Made by a program: the position numbers and the translations under genes | Shown: positions 9,484 through 19,548 of the stretch, piece by piece | Position numbering within the stretch: position 1 is the stretch's first letter | Layout: each line of letters begins with the position of its first letter | Notes under the pieces: generated by a model | What the model saw: only the letters and a program-made list of their open reading frames with translations | The model's database searches: none | Told to the model about the DNA's origin: nothing | Virus record (IMG/VR): IMGVR_UViG_3300013426_000017 | Span: 64,001-128,000 of that record | DNA from: a virus | Lineage: Duplodnaviria > Caudoviricetes | DNA: 64,000 bases | Reading direction: 5' to 3' (one strand)

Positions 9484-9635
9484 GCGCTCGTAGCTCAGAT
9501 GGTAGTAGCACTTGACTTTTGGTAGATTAGCCTAGCGGTCAGGCGGCGGACTGTTAATCCGCTTCAGATTAGTTCAACTCTAGTATCTACCGCCAAATCA
9601 AGGTGTCGCGGGTTCAAGTCCCGCCGAGCGCACCA
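9484..9635 (+). tRNA. tRNA-Lys(TTT) split (halves 9484-9520 and 9596-9635) by a nested tRNA-Asn
   Basis: GCGCTCG/CGAGCGC-A-CCA acceptor. Joined arm CTTGA-CT TTT AA-TCAAG. T-arm GCGGG-TTCAAGT-CCCGC. Confidence 0.9.
9521..9595 (+). tRNA. tRNA-Asn(GTT), nested in the tRNA-Lys anticodon loop
   Basis: GGTAGAT/ATCTACC-G-CCA acceptor, GCCT/AGGC D-stem, GCGGA-CT GTT AA-TCCGC anticodon arm, ATTAG-TTCAACT-CTAGT T-arm. Confidence 0.9.
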
Positions 9636-9650
9636 TTTCTTTCTTTTTTA

Positions 9651-9697
9651 GCCCTATATAGAATTACATGATGATTTTATATAGGGCATTTTTTATT
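9651..9697 (+). terminator. Terminator after tRNA cluster 2
   Basis: GCCCTATATA...TATATAGGGC followed by ATTTTTT. Confidence 0.7.
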
Positions 9698-9751
9698 TAG
9701 TTAATTAATTTTATTAAGGAGAAATATATATTTAAATCTAAAAATGTTTGT

Positions 9752-10081
9752 TTGATTATTAGTGTGGCGTTGGCTATTTTGTGCCTTATTATTATGATTG
9801 TTGCTTTAGGCACTGGTTCGCAGGGGCTTAATAGTAGTGATGGCACTGAGGTAGCCGGCACTGCTCTGGGTATGGCAATTGTTATGCCATGTGTAGTAGT
9901 TGGTGGTATTGGAACTGTATTGCATACTATTGGTGGTTGTGTCTATAAGCGGGGCTTGGTTCTTGCTGGACTGATTTGTGAGTGCGCTTCTATTATATTT
10001 ATGTTTCTCTGGGGAATGTATTATATTCCCGCTATTGTTCTTGGTTTTATTGGTTACGCCAAGATGCCAAAAAAGGTTTAA
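9752..10081 (+). CDS. Small multi-pass membrane protein (start uncertain)
   Basis: Three to four hydrophobic segments. Confidence 0.6.
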   Translation: MIISVALAILCLIIMIVALGTGSQGLNSSDGTEVAGTALGMAIVMPCVVVGGIGTVLHTIGGCVYKRGLVLAGLICECASIIFMFLWGMYYIPAIVLGFIGYAKMPKKV

Positions 10082-10198
10082 AATCTAAATGTTTAATAGG
10101 CGCGTCTAGTTGAGACACGTCTTTTTTGATTTTTGTTAAAAAATATGTTATAATATATCTAGAAAGTAAAATAAGCATATATAAAGGAGTATAAAGTT

Positions 10199-10810
10199 AT
10201 GCAGTTATCTGAAGTATATAATAGAAATAAAAAAGTTCTTAATCATGCTTTATATATTCAAAATTTGTTAGAACAGGCTCTTAATAAAGGAGTATCTTTA
10301 ACTGATGATATTGTTAATTGTGGTGATACCTATTTATATTATATTAGTACTGCAAGTTTAACTGCTCAGGCAAAGGCTCCTTTAGGTGAAAAGTTTTTAT
10401 GTAATCTGCTTGGATACACAAGAGTTTCTTCCAGAGAAAATCGTGGTGATGCAGTCGATAAAGAAGGAATTTATTATGAATTCAAAAATTCTTTTACTAA
10501 TCAACAACAAAATTTAAATATTAGACAGATTAGATTGTGGCAAAATGTTGATTATTATTATTGTTTTTATATTAATGAAGAAGATTTGGATAAAAGTGTA
10601 TTTTTTATTTTAACAAAAGATGAAATGATTAAAGAGGTTGCTCTTTGTGGAGGATATGCTCACGGGACAATAACAGCAAATGTTGTTAATGAACATAATG
10701 AATATTCTATTACTATCCCAATTTATAATGATAAAAATGAAAAAACTAAGCGCTGGAAAGAAAAATATCTTTCTAATGAATTGAAAAACAAAATCTTAGG
10801 AGGGAAATAA
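10199..10810 (+). CDS. Putative restriction-endonuclease-like protein
   Basis: GEKF...RGDA...YYEFK PD-(D/E)xK-like pattern. Directly upstream of an MTase. Confidence 0.5.
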   Translation: MQLSEVYNRNKKVLNHALYIQNLLEQALNKGVSLTDDIVNCGDTYLYYISTASLTAQAKAPLGEKFLCNLLGYTRVSSRENRGDAVDKEGIYYEFKNSFTNQQQNLNIRQIRLWQNVDYYYCFYINEEDLDKSVFFILTKDEMIKEVALCGGYAHGTITANVVNEHNEYSITIPIYNDKNEKTKRWKEKYLSNELKNKILGGK

Positions 10811-10812
10811 AT

Positions 10813-11607
10813 ATGAGCATTGATAAATTTTATACTCAAGTAGAAGTTGCTAAAGAATGTATTGATTTAGTACCTGATCTTGACACTTATGATTTAATTA
10901 TTGAACCTAGTGCTGGAAATGGTAGTTTCAGCTCTCAACTAAATTGTATTGCTTATGATATTGAACCAGAAAATAAAAATATTATTAAGTAGGATTGGCT
11001 TACAACAAAACCAGTTAAGAATAAACGAATTTTAGTAATTGGCAATCCACCATTCGGTTCTCGTTCAAGTTTGGCAAAAGCTTTTATTCGTCATAGCCAA
11101 GCTATTGGGGCAGAAACGATTGCTTTTATCTTACCAGATACTTTTAGTAAATTAAGCAATCAATCTTTAACTCTTTTTCCAAAAAATTGGAAATTAATTG
11201 TTGAATACAAATTATCTAATTCTAACTTTATAATTCAAGAATCTACAAAACCATATTACGTACCTTGTACTTTTTATGTATGGACTAAGCGTGATAGCGA
11301 TATTAATTTACGTCAAGTAAAAATTGAAGCTAATGATGATTTTGAATTTTTATCCAGAGGTAGTAAAGATGCCGATTTTACCATTAATGGCAATTCTGGC
11401 AAGGTTAAAGAAATATACGAAGTAACGAATAGTAAAGCTGAACATTATATTAAAGCAAAGAAAAAAAATGCTGAAGAACTTAAAGAAATTTTTAGAAATT
11501 TAGATTATACATTTTTGTCTTCTGTCAATGGCGGTAATGCTTGGATTGGTCAACAAGAAATTCTTAAAGCTTATACTACTCAATAGTCACGTAACGGAGA
11601 CGTTTAA
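10813..11607 (+). CDS. DNA N6-adenine methyltransferase, code 15
   Basis: MSIDKFYT, IIEPSAGNGSF and GNPPFG motifs. In-frame TAG at 10990 and 11584. Paralog of 3788-4603. Confidence 0.85.
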
Positions 11608-11738
11608 TCACAAGCGTTATACTTATATTGAGTAATTTTAATGGATTAGATATTTAATTAAATATCTAATCCATATTTTTTATTTGATTTTTATTAAAAA
11701 ATATGTTATAATATTTATATAAAGTAAAGGAGGGAAAA

Positions 11739-12020
11739 ATGTTGATAACTAAAGCTTGTGTAATAACATTTGATAAGGCTGGTAAAAAGTATACAATACC
11801 CTGTCATCGCCACAGTAATGCTTATTGGATTATCAGTCAGTTCCTCTCTTAGGACAAAATAGATAAGTCTCGTACTCAAGAAGGTTTTCTTGATGAGCAA
11901 GATAATTTCTACAATAGGTACGAAGCCTATAATCACGCAGTATTAGATGGCCAAATAATTGATATTCGTGAAGCTGACGATTTTAGAGTTTGTGAATTAT
12001 TTTCGGAGGATTTATGGTAA
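11739..12020 (+). CDS. Conserved phage hypothetical protein, code 15
   Basis: RBS and ATG 11739, one TAG. PCHRH...EGFLD...ELFSEDLW. Absent from the ORF track. Confidence 0.7.
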
Positions 12021-12268
12021 TGACAGCTAAAGAACTAATTAATAGCAATGCCATGTTGCACGGGTGGGAGAAAGAAGATTTGTGCGAACTATTGGATAAA
12101 TACCCCGAGATTAAAACCGCTACATACGAACAGCTTGAAGAATTCAAACAAAAAAGATATTGGGATGCCCAAGCTCTCATTGATGAAGCTGCAAGAATAG
12201 AAGAAGAGGCGGATATGATTAATGTTTTTTTAAATTGGATTTATAAAGATTTGCATAAAGGAGAATAA
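12014..12268 (+). CDS. Hypothetical protein
   Basis: ORF track. Translationally coupled to neighbours. Confidence 0.55.
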   Translation: MVMTAKELINSNAMLHGWEKEDLCELLDKYPEIKTATYEQLEEFKQKRYWDAQALIDEAARIEEEADMINVFLNWIYKDLHKGE

Positions 12269-12270
12269 AA

Positions 12271-12600
12271 ATGTTAGAAGGAATAACTATACTTAATAAG
12301 ATAGCAATCACAGGGCTGCCTGCATGGCTTACTATAATCTGGATAGCCATTACAATGATTAGTTTAGCTACCTCAGTTATCGTACTGTTTGCCGATGGAA
12401 AAATAAAAATTATGCTTGTATCTGGTATCATAGCAGTTATTATGTTATTCACTGGTCTTATTTTAGAAAGCACTATCAAGACTGGCGAATATCGTTATGA
12501 ATGCACGATTGATGATTCAGTGTCCTATAATGACATAGTTGAGAACTACGAAATTATTGAGCAGCGCGGTGATATATGGGTACTAGAGGATAAATCATGA
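12271..12600 (+). CDS. Two-TM membrane protein
   Basis: RBS and two hydrophobic helices. Confidence 0.6.
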   Translation: MLEGITILNKIAITGLPAWLTIIWIAITMISLATSVIVLFADGKIKIMLVSGIIAVIMLFTGLILESTIKTGEYRYECTIDDSVSYNDIVENYEIIEQRGDIWVLEDKS

Positions 12601-12757
12601 ATGAGATATTTTGTAAACATTTAAAAATAGAAGATATTTTGGGCCGAGATATTTATGACCATCCTACCTATAAATATTTTTGCACCAAAAGAAATAAAGA
12701 GATTTTTTATCTCATGTGCGCAAGATGCGAGGATAATACCATTAAGGAGACAACTGA

Positions 12758-13108
12758 ATGATATACATGTCTAATGCCGCCTTGAAGTGTGCGGCAGATG
12801 TTTGTCTTGAATTGCCTAATTATCAAGTAATTATCTGCCCGAGTCTCCGAAGTAAAAGAGATGACATACTGGGCGAAATAACTGATTATATTCCGTCAAA
12901 GGCTATAAATATTCATAGAATATTGAAAAGCAACTCTAACTGTTATATTGAATTTACTAATGGCAATATTATTAGAATTGTAACGGCACATGAATCCTGT
13001 AGAGGATATAAAGCCAACTTAGTCGAAGTAGATTCAGAAGTTAGTGAAGAATTTATTAATACAGTATTGCGACCAATGGAGATAAAGCAACTAAGAGAAA
13101 AGCGGTGA
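12758..13108 (+). CDS. Hypothetical protein resembling a terminase/ATPase sub-domain fragment
   Basis: IEFTNG..I.......RG..AN....D pattern. Confidence 0.45.
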   Translation: MIYMSNAALKCAADVCLELPNYQVIICPSLRSKRDDILGEITDYIPSKAINIHRILKSNSNCYIEFTNGNIIRIVTAHESCRGYKANLVEVDSEVSEEFINTVLRPMEIKQLREKR

Positions 13109-13114
13109 TAATAA

Positions 13115-13855
13115 ATGAAATATTTTGTTGTATCAGATATACATAGTTTTTTTGGTGAATTTAAAAAGGCAATAGACGAAGCGGGATTTGATCCTACTGA
13201 CGAAAACCATAGGCTAATTATTTGTGGCGACTTGTTCGATCGAGGATCTCAGCCCCTAGAGCTCATGCAGCATCTTAATGAGGAGGTTCCCAATGCTATA
13301 CTCATTCGCGGCAACCACGAGGATTTGTTTGTTAAAATGTGCGAACGCGGCGAACCTTGGATGCATGATTATAGCAATGGAACTGCACAGACTATATTTG
13401 ATTTCACTGGCGTGGATAAGCCTTGGCCATTTGAATACCGGGCTGAAGTAGCGCTTGGAATGGTGCGGCCAATGCTCAATCGCATGGTAGACTATTACGA
13501 GACTGATCATTATGTATTCGTGCATGGTTGGATTCCTTGTGTTAAGGAACATCATAGGCTTGCAAAATATCGCCCATTAGAAGAAGATTGGCGCGATGCC
13601 CCCAAAAACAAATGGGAAGACGCCAGATGGTATAATGGCATGGATTGTGCCGCCCAAGGTGTAGTGGTCCCCGGCAAGACAGTAGTGTGTGGCCATTGGC
13701 ATTGTAGCTATGGGCATTGGTTTTATGAGAATGATGGTAAGCCTGAGTTTGGCGAAGGAGCTGATTTCTCACCTTATTATGCCAATGGAATTATAGCAAT
13801 AGATGCTTGCACTGCATACTCGGGCAAGGTAAATTGTATCGTGCTTGATGATTAA
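13115..13855 (+). CDS. Metallophosphoesterase (calcineurin-like)
   Basis: SDIH, GDLFDRG, RGNHE, VHG and GHWH motifs. Confidence 0.9.
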   Translation: MKYFVVSDIHSFFGEFKKAIDEAGFDPTDENHRLIICGDLFDRGSQPLELMQHLNEEVPNAILIRGNHEDLFVKMCERGEPWMHDYSNGTAQTIFDFTGVDKPWPFEYRAEVALGMVRPMLNRMVDYYETDHYVFVHGWIPCVKEHHRLAKYRPLEEDWRDAPKNKWEDARWYNGMDCAAQGVVVPGKTVVCGHWHCSYGHWFYENDGKPEFGEGADFSPYYANGIIAIDACTAYSGKVNCIVLDD

Positions 13856-13928
13856 GGATGCTAGAAATAGCATCCTTAATTGATTTTTTATTAAAAATAT
13901 GATATAATATATATATAAAAAAAAGGAG

Positions 13929-14534
13929 TTGATACTTATGAATTTTATTTTACCAACTATTACAATTAATATTGAACGATGGAAATGGAATAGAAAATAC
14001 CGAGTATTTGTATCTAACAAAGGGCGAGTAAAGAATGTTGAGGGCCAGCTTCTTAAAGCTAGAATGACTAGTTCGGGTTATTTAGCAGTTAAAGTAGCTG
14101 CTAAAAAAATGATGAAAATTCATCGTCTTGCTATGGAAACGTGGCGCCCCATCGCAAACCCACAGGAAATGACTGTAGACCATCTTGACCATAACAAGCG
14201 TAATAATGATATTCGTAACCTTGAATGGGTTACTGAGGTAGAAAATCGCAAACGTGCGGCGGCAGATATGGTTGTCGAAAAAGAAGTAGAACTCATCAAA
14301 GCCAAAGAAATGATACAACATAAACAAATTTATGTTGATTGTAATAGTGGCGAAAAATTTACTAATCTTAATAGTTATATAACTTATTTATATCGAACTG
14401 ATAAGAGTATTTCTCGTAATGTACAATTGACACCAGCAGTCTGCGCCACAAAAATAAAAAATAAACTTGCCGCTCATGGCGGAATAACTAAATGTTATGG
14501 ACATAAAATAGCCATGATAACTGTAGCAGAATAA
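13929..14534 (+). CDS. NUMOD4/HNH homing endonuclease
   Basis: VSNKGRVK, HRL and VDHLDHNKRNNDIRNLEWV motifs. Confidence 0.85.
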   Translation: MILMNFILPTITINIERWKWNRKYRVFVSNKGRVKNVEGQLLKARMTSSGYLAVKVAAKKMMKIHRLAMETWRPIANPQEMTVDHLDHNKRNNDIRNLEWVTEVENRKRAAADMVVEKEVELIKAKEMIQHKQIYVDCNSGEKFTNLNSYITYLYRTDKSISRNVQLTPAVCATKIKNKLAAHGGITKCYGHKIAMITVAE

Positions 14535-14551
14535 ATAAGGAGGAATTAAAA

Positions 14552-15889
14552 ATGAGTATGCATTGCGGATATTGCGTAAAAGTTACTAATTTACGCCCGC
14601 ACACTAATGCAGATAGATTGCAGATTGCCACTTTCTTTGGCAATGATACTTGTGTGGGGCTGGATGTGGTCAAGGGTGAGATTGGTATTTATTTTCCCTC
14701 AGACTTGCAGCTAAGTGAAGAATTTTGTGTGGCGAACCACCTTTGCCGCAAGAAGCCTGATGGCACGCCTGATACTGGCTATCTTGATCCTGAGAAGCGC
14801 AATATCAAGCCTATTAAGTTGCGAAGCGAGAAGTCAGATGGAATTTTCTTGCCTATTAGTTGTCTTGAGTATACTGGTATAAATCTTGATGATATTAATA
14901 TTGGTGATACTGTTACTGTAGTTAATGGACATGAGATTTGCAAGAAATATATTCCTCGTGGCCGCGCCAAAAGCAACGCCGCCAAGGGTAAGGGTAATAG
15001 GACTCGTAAGAAGCATGCACCCGTGGCACCGCTATTTACTGAGCATGCTGATACTGAGCAACTTGCCTACAATCTTGGCGCATTTAAGCCGGGTGATGAA
15101 ATTGAGATCACTCTGAAGATGCATGGCACTAGCCAAAGGACCGCATACCTACCGGTTCTCAAGGGATATAGGCGGACTATTTGGGATAAGTTGCTTGGCC
15201 GCGAAGGTATTCCTATCTATGATTGGGATTATGTGTCTGGTACTCGTAGAACTGTCCTTGATGATTGGGATGGTGGTTTTTATGGTAGTAACGCGTTCCG
15301 TAAGCAGCACCATGATAAGTTCGTTGGTAAGTTGCGCAAGGGCGAGGAAGTGTATTATGAAATTACATCATACACTGATAATGGAACGCCTATTATGTCA
15401 AGTTGCTCAGTTCCAAAAGAATATCAGAATATTTATGGTGATACTATGGAATTTAGTTATGGTTGTTCACCTGATGGCGGTGACGTGCCTCAGTCCGACT
15501 TGTATGTGTATCGCATGACTATGACTAATGAAGATGGTGATGTTGTAGAATATTCACCCGATTTTATGCGTTATCGTTGTGAGCAGATGGGAGTTAAGTG
15601 CGTTCCTGAGTTTGTTCATGAGTTTATCCCCGACCAAGAGTGGCTAGATTCAATGGCGCTAACTGCCGGCGAATATGTCATGGGAGTGGCTGAGCAATAT
15701 TACGATGGTCCTGACCCAATTGGCAAGACTCATGTGCGCGAAGGTGTGGTAGTTCGTATCATTAATCGGCCCAAGTTCTGCGCCTATAAGCACAAAAATT
15801 TTTTATTTAAACTAATTACTGGTATTATTGTGGATAAAATTGCTGATTCTCGTGACGAGATTGGTGAAGACGTTTTAGAAGAATTATAA
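14552..15889 (+). CDS. ATP-dependent RNA ligase (Rnl2/DRB0094-like) with N-terminal OB/tRNA-binding-like domain
   Basis: H.NADRLQ N-terminus and KLR..KSDG. Ligase motif I TLKMHGTS, motif IV EGVVVR, motif V KHKN. Confidence 0.8.
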   Translation: MSMHCGYCVKVTNLRPHTNADRLQIATFFGNDTCVGLDVVKGEIGIYFPSDLQLSEEFCVANHLCRKKPDGTPDTGYLDPEKRNIKPIKLRSEKSDGIFLPISCLEYTGINLDDINIGDTVTVVNGHEICKKYIPRGRAKSNAAKGKGNRTRKKHAPVAPLFTEHADTEQLAYNLGAFKPGDEIEITLKMHGTSQRTAYLPVLKGYRRTIWDKLLGREGIPIYDWDYVSGTRRTVLDDWDGGFYGSNAFRKQHHDKFVGKLRKGEEVYYEITSYTDNGTPIMSSCSVPKEYQNIYGDTMEFSYGCSPDGGDVPQSDLYVYRMTMTNEDGDVVEYSPDFMRYRCEQMGVKCVPEFVHEFIPDQEWLDSMALTAGEYVMGVAEQYYDGPDPIGKTHVREGVVVRIINRPKFCAYKHKNFLFKLITGIIVDKIADSRDEIGEDVLEEL

Positions 15890-15968
15890 GGCCAAAAAGA
15901 TTAAATAATTTACCTACAACCTCATAATATAGTGAAAAATATTACGAGTTATAGGAGGTTGGTTATTA

Positions 15969-16853
15969 ATGATAAATCGGCAATTTGGGGTATATTTAGT
16001 TTTAGAAAAAGACCTGGAGATGAGTGCTTAGAAAAAACGAACATATTGGAAATGTCGTTGCCAAAAATGTGGTAATATTATAAGCGTTAGAGACGATAAT
16101 CTTATGCGTAATTCATAGTCCTGCCCTAAGTGTAAACACGATATTACTAATTAGCGTTTTGGTTTATTAACTGTTTTATACAAAACAAGAATAGATAAAA
16201 ATGGACATTCATATTGGATGTGTTAGTGTGATTGTGGAAAGCAAAAGGAAATTTCTTCTTCCAGTTTAAGATAGGGGACGACCCGATCTTGTGGCTGCTT
16301 GCATAGTATCACTACATCTCAGAATGTCTTAAAAGATTTAACGGGATAGAAATTCGGCAAATTAACTGTAATTTCAAGGGCTTCTAAAATTGGAGAGAAA
16401 AAAGTCCAATGGTTGTGTAAATGTGATTGCGGTACAGAAACAATAGTTAGCGGTGGCAATTTAAAAAACGGACATACCTATTCTTGTGGTTGCGTTCGTT
16501 CTAAGGGTGAGCTAAAAATACGAGAAATTTTAATTTCATTAAATATAAATTTTATAACGGAGTATCGTTTTTCTGATTTACCCAATAGGCGTTTTGATTT
16601 TTATTTACCGGATTATAATCTTTGCCTTGAGTATGATGGGAAACAACACTACCAATATGTAGCAGCTTGGCATTAGACATTAGAAAATTATATTGCGGCT
16701 TGCGACCGAGATCAAGAAAAAAATAAATACTGTTATGAACATAATATACAATTAATTTGTATTTCATATCAAGATTATGATAAACTAAACGAAGAATATA
16801 TAAAACAAATATTATCTACTATAGAAGCTGAGGAGATTTCTGATGATACCTAA
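15969..16853 (+). CDS. Free-standing endonuclease (CxCDCG repeats plus DUF559/Vsr-like domain), code 15
   Basis: About 8 in-frame TAGs. Repeated W.C.CDCG...SCGC and FDFYLPDYNLCLEYDGKQH. Confidence 0.75.
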
Positions 16854-17151
16854 TACCCTAAACTCAATCAAATGCACTCGTGCCCATGTCTATCGAGAAA
16901 ATGGTCGCTTGTATGTTGACTATTGGGGAGTGGATGAAACCAATCCCAAAGTTGAAATCCATATCCCCAAAATGTCACTCGACCTCAAGAGCATGCAATT
17001 CAATACTAATACCACTAAAAATTGGTATACTGGGTCAGTAATAACTAGTAGAGAAATTATGGCTAGTTCCGATAAGAAAGAAATGTTCGAGATATTGGTG
17101 AAAAACGATAATGGAAAAAATAAAAATAGAAGCGATAAAAAATCTCGATGA
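16843..17151 (+). CDS. Hypothetical protein
   Basis: ORF track with RBS. Confidence 0.5.
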   Translation: MIPNTLNSIKCTRAHVYRENGRLYVDYWGVDETNPKVEIHIPKMSLDLKSMQFNTNTTKNWYTGSVITSREIMASSDKKEMFEILVKNDNGKNKNRSDKKSR

Positions 17152-17282
17152 TTTTACCATCTATCTCATTCCTATTAGTGGCGTCAAACCGCTCAAGATA
17201 ATATTTGATAATGATTCAGATTTAGCACTTGATATGGAAACAGCAACTGAATCATTAATATTAAAAGGGGTAAGAATTATAG

Positions 17283-17561
17283 ATGATTTATTTCGGTAAT
17301 ACAACATTTTATGAATTAAATACAATTAAGGCTTTACCAGGTAGTGTCTATTATACTACTGATACCAATGAATTTTATATTTTCACTACTGATAACACAT
17401 GGGCTAAACTTGCAGAAAGCACTATTATTTCTGAAGTAAGTAAAAGAAGATATACCAATAAACGACTCAAATGTCCATCTTGTGGCGCAACCCATAAGGA
17501 AAACGAGGAACGATGCTATTGGTGCGGCAATTATTTTGTATCGGAGGACTATTATGAGTAA
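17283..17561 (+). CDS. Small Zn-ribbon protein
   Basis: CPSC...CYWC. Confidence 0.55.
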   Translation: MIYFGNTTFYELNTIKALPGSVYYTTDTNEFYIFTTDNTWAKLAESTIISEVSKRRYTNKRLKCPSCGATHKENEERCYWCGNYFVSEDYYE

Positions 17562-17799
17562 AATACCATTTGGCTATTACACCAATCAATATAATAGTGG
17601 TAAGATAGACTTTGAAAACCTAATGAATTTGATAGAAGCTCAAATGAATTATGAAATAAATCGAGAAGTAGTGGAACGTATATCTCATTTAGTTCCAGTA
17701 GAACAAATAAATGTATTTTGTCCTTGCTGTGGCGCGCTCCTAGTGCCCGGCGCCACAAATTGTATATGGTGTGATTGGGAGGATAAAAATAATGATTAG
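17554..17799 (+). CDS. Small Zn-ribbon protein
   Basis: GGAGG RBS. CPCC...CIWC. Confidence 0.55.
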   Translation: MSKIPFGYYTNQYNSGKIDFENLMNLIEAQMNYEINREVVERISHLVPVEQINVFCPCCGALLVPGATNCIWCDWEDKNND

Positions 17800-18253
17800 T
17801 AAAAAACATTTTATTGATGTAATGAATCAGCTAGAGGAGCTTAGAATTAAACAAGATAGTCTTGATATAGCTCTGCGTGATCTTTGTGGCAGTGGATTTG
17901 GGTCTTTTTATCTATCTGATTATCAAAATATTATAATTGATATTCTTACCGAAAATTTTAAGGACGAATCACATTGGTTAGAATATTTTTGTTATGAGAA
18001 TGATTGGTTAGCTGGATATAAACAAGAAAAAATTACCATGGAGGACGGTTCACACCCAAAAATTGAAAACTGGGGCGATGTATATGATTTTCTTACCGAT
18101 ACAAATACCTTAAATGAAATTCCATGTGATGCATATCATTTTAATGCATATACTGGTATGGGATGTTGCTGGGCAACCGCTGAGCGAGATTGGTGCAATT
18201 GTGAGGGAAGAAAAAAGCTATGCGAACTAAAAAAAGTAACTAATGTTTGGTAA
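17792..18253 (+). CDS. Hypothetical protein with Cys-rich C-terminus
   Basis: ORF track with RBS. Confidence 0.55.
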   Translation: MISKKHFIDVMNQLEELRIKQDSLDIALRDLCGSGFGSFYLSDYQNIIIDILTENFKDESHWLEYFCYENDWLAGYKQEKITMEDGSHPKIENWGDVYDFLTDTNTLNEIPCDAYHFNAYTGMGCCWATAERDWCNCEGRKKLCELKKVTNVW

Positions 18254-18322
18254 AATTTTTTTAATTGATTTTATTTAAAAAATATAATATAATATATATA
18301 TAAAGAAAAGAGGAGATAAAAA

Positions 18323-18631
18323 ATGATAGGAATTATTAGTATATGTTTATTACCATTTGTGCTACTCATAATGATTCATTCCTTACAGATTGTTATTCAT
18401 GGTGCATTAATGGGTATAGATGTGGCGCCGCCAGACACAGAGAAGCTAGCACCCCAGCTTGAGGAGTGATTGAGCGCCCAGCGCCACGCTTCTTATGACA
18501 TCACAACGTTAGCTGAAATATTTAACACATCCAATAGAGCAATTAATGGTAGTATGACTGCCCTATTGCACAATGGCATTATTGGCTATGATGTTATAGA
18601 TAATGTTAAATATTATTATCGAAAGGGTTGA
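18323..18631 (+). pseudogene. TM + winged-HTH-like protein interrupted by in-frame TGA (18467-18469)
   Basis: Promoter, RBS and ATG 18323. The frame continues past TGA into LAEIFNTSNRAINGSMTALLHNG, similar to the wHTH of 34333-34689. Confidence 0.5.
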
Positions 18632-18806
18632 TACTATTGATTCAGGTAGATATATCATGTCATTCTAATGGCCAAGCCATTAATGAATATTTGTGGCATT
18701 GGCAAGATTATTATGCCAAAAGAAAGATAATTAATGTAGATGTAACACCTACTGATCCCGTTGGCTGGTTCCTCACTATAGTGTATGATTCGGAGGTTAG
18801 GATATA

Positions 18807-19088
18807 ATGCCAAAGGGTAATCGATTTGAAATGCATAGTTTTTATTGTTTGACTTGTGGCAATAAGACATTTGATTTGCCGCGTCAATATAGCCACATGT
18901 ATGGCAAGGGACATATTAAAGACCTATATTGTCCTACTTGTCGCGCCACGAGAAAGACATTAGAGTGTAGAAATGAAACTGAGGTATTTGAGTTTAAGGA
19001 AGATTTTTTAAATGGAACCTATGAAGACGGTATGGATACTTGCGGGGCCGCCGGGCTCGGGAAAATCGACCTGGCTCGAGCAGAATAG
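18807..19088 (+). CDS. Zn-ribbon protein (YqaH / L33-like)
   Basis: FYCLTCG...GHIKDLYCPTC. Confidence 0.6.
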   Translation: MPKGNRFEMHSFYCLTCGNKTFDLPRQYSHMYGKGHIKDLYCPTCRATRKTLECRNETEVFEFKEDFLNGTYEDGMDTCGAAGLGKIDLARAE

Positions 19089-19548
19089 ATTACCCCAGAG
19101 CAGAGTAATTTCAAGGGATGAAATTCGTTTCTCGCTTGTAACTGATAAAGATGATTATTTTGGCCAAGAGGATGAAGTATGGCGCCAGTATGTAAAAGCG
19201 GCTCAGATAGCGATTTTGGACAAAGAAATTAAAAATATTTACCTTGACGCCACACATCTCAACGAAGCATCAAGAAATAAAATCTTGAATCTACTGGCGA
19301 AGCCGACCTTGCCCTATTTTGAAATTAAGGTTGTTTATTTTGATGTGTGTTTTGCAGTATGCTGCGAACGCAATGCAAAAAGAACGGGTTTGGCTAATGT
19401 TCCTATTAAAACAATTCGCAGGATGATGAATGCATTTCAAATTCCGACATTTAATGAAAAACATCTGTATACTGAAATTTGGCGTGTAGATGCCCAAGGA
19501 AATATTGAAAAGGAGATAAATTATAATGTATGTTGCTGTCCCGTATGA
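19021..19548 (+). CDS. Polynucleotide kinase-like P-loop protein (AAA_33)
   Basis: GPPGSGKST, SRDEIR, DATHL and ERNAKR motifs. Confidence 0.8.
   Translation: MKTVWILAGPPGSGKSTWLEQNRLPQSRVISRDEIRFSLVTDKDDYFGQEDEVWRQYVKAAQIAILDKEIKNIYLDATHLNEASRNKILNLLAKPTLPYFEIKVVYFDVCFAVCCERNAKRTGLANVPIKTIRRMMNAFQIPTFNEKHLYTEIWRVDAQGNIEKEINYNVCCCPV

Noticed and set aside
11640-11674. Perfect palindrome ATGGATTAGATATTTAATTAAATATCTAATCCAT as an origin or special element
   Set aside because: Its position between a gene end and the next promoter matches the many ordinary terminator hairpins in this window.
18467-18469. Genome-wide TGA recoding
   Set aside because: Many genes end normally at TGA (for example 5443, 13108, 24403, 32544). 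Only one internal TGA was seen.
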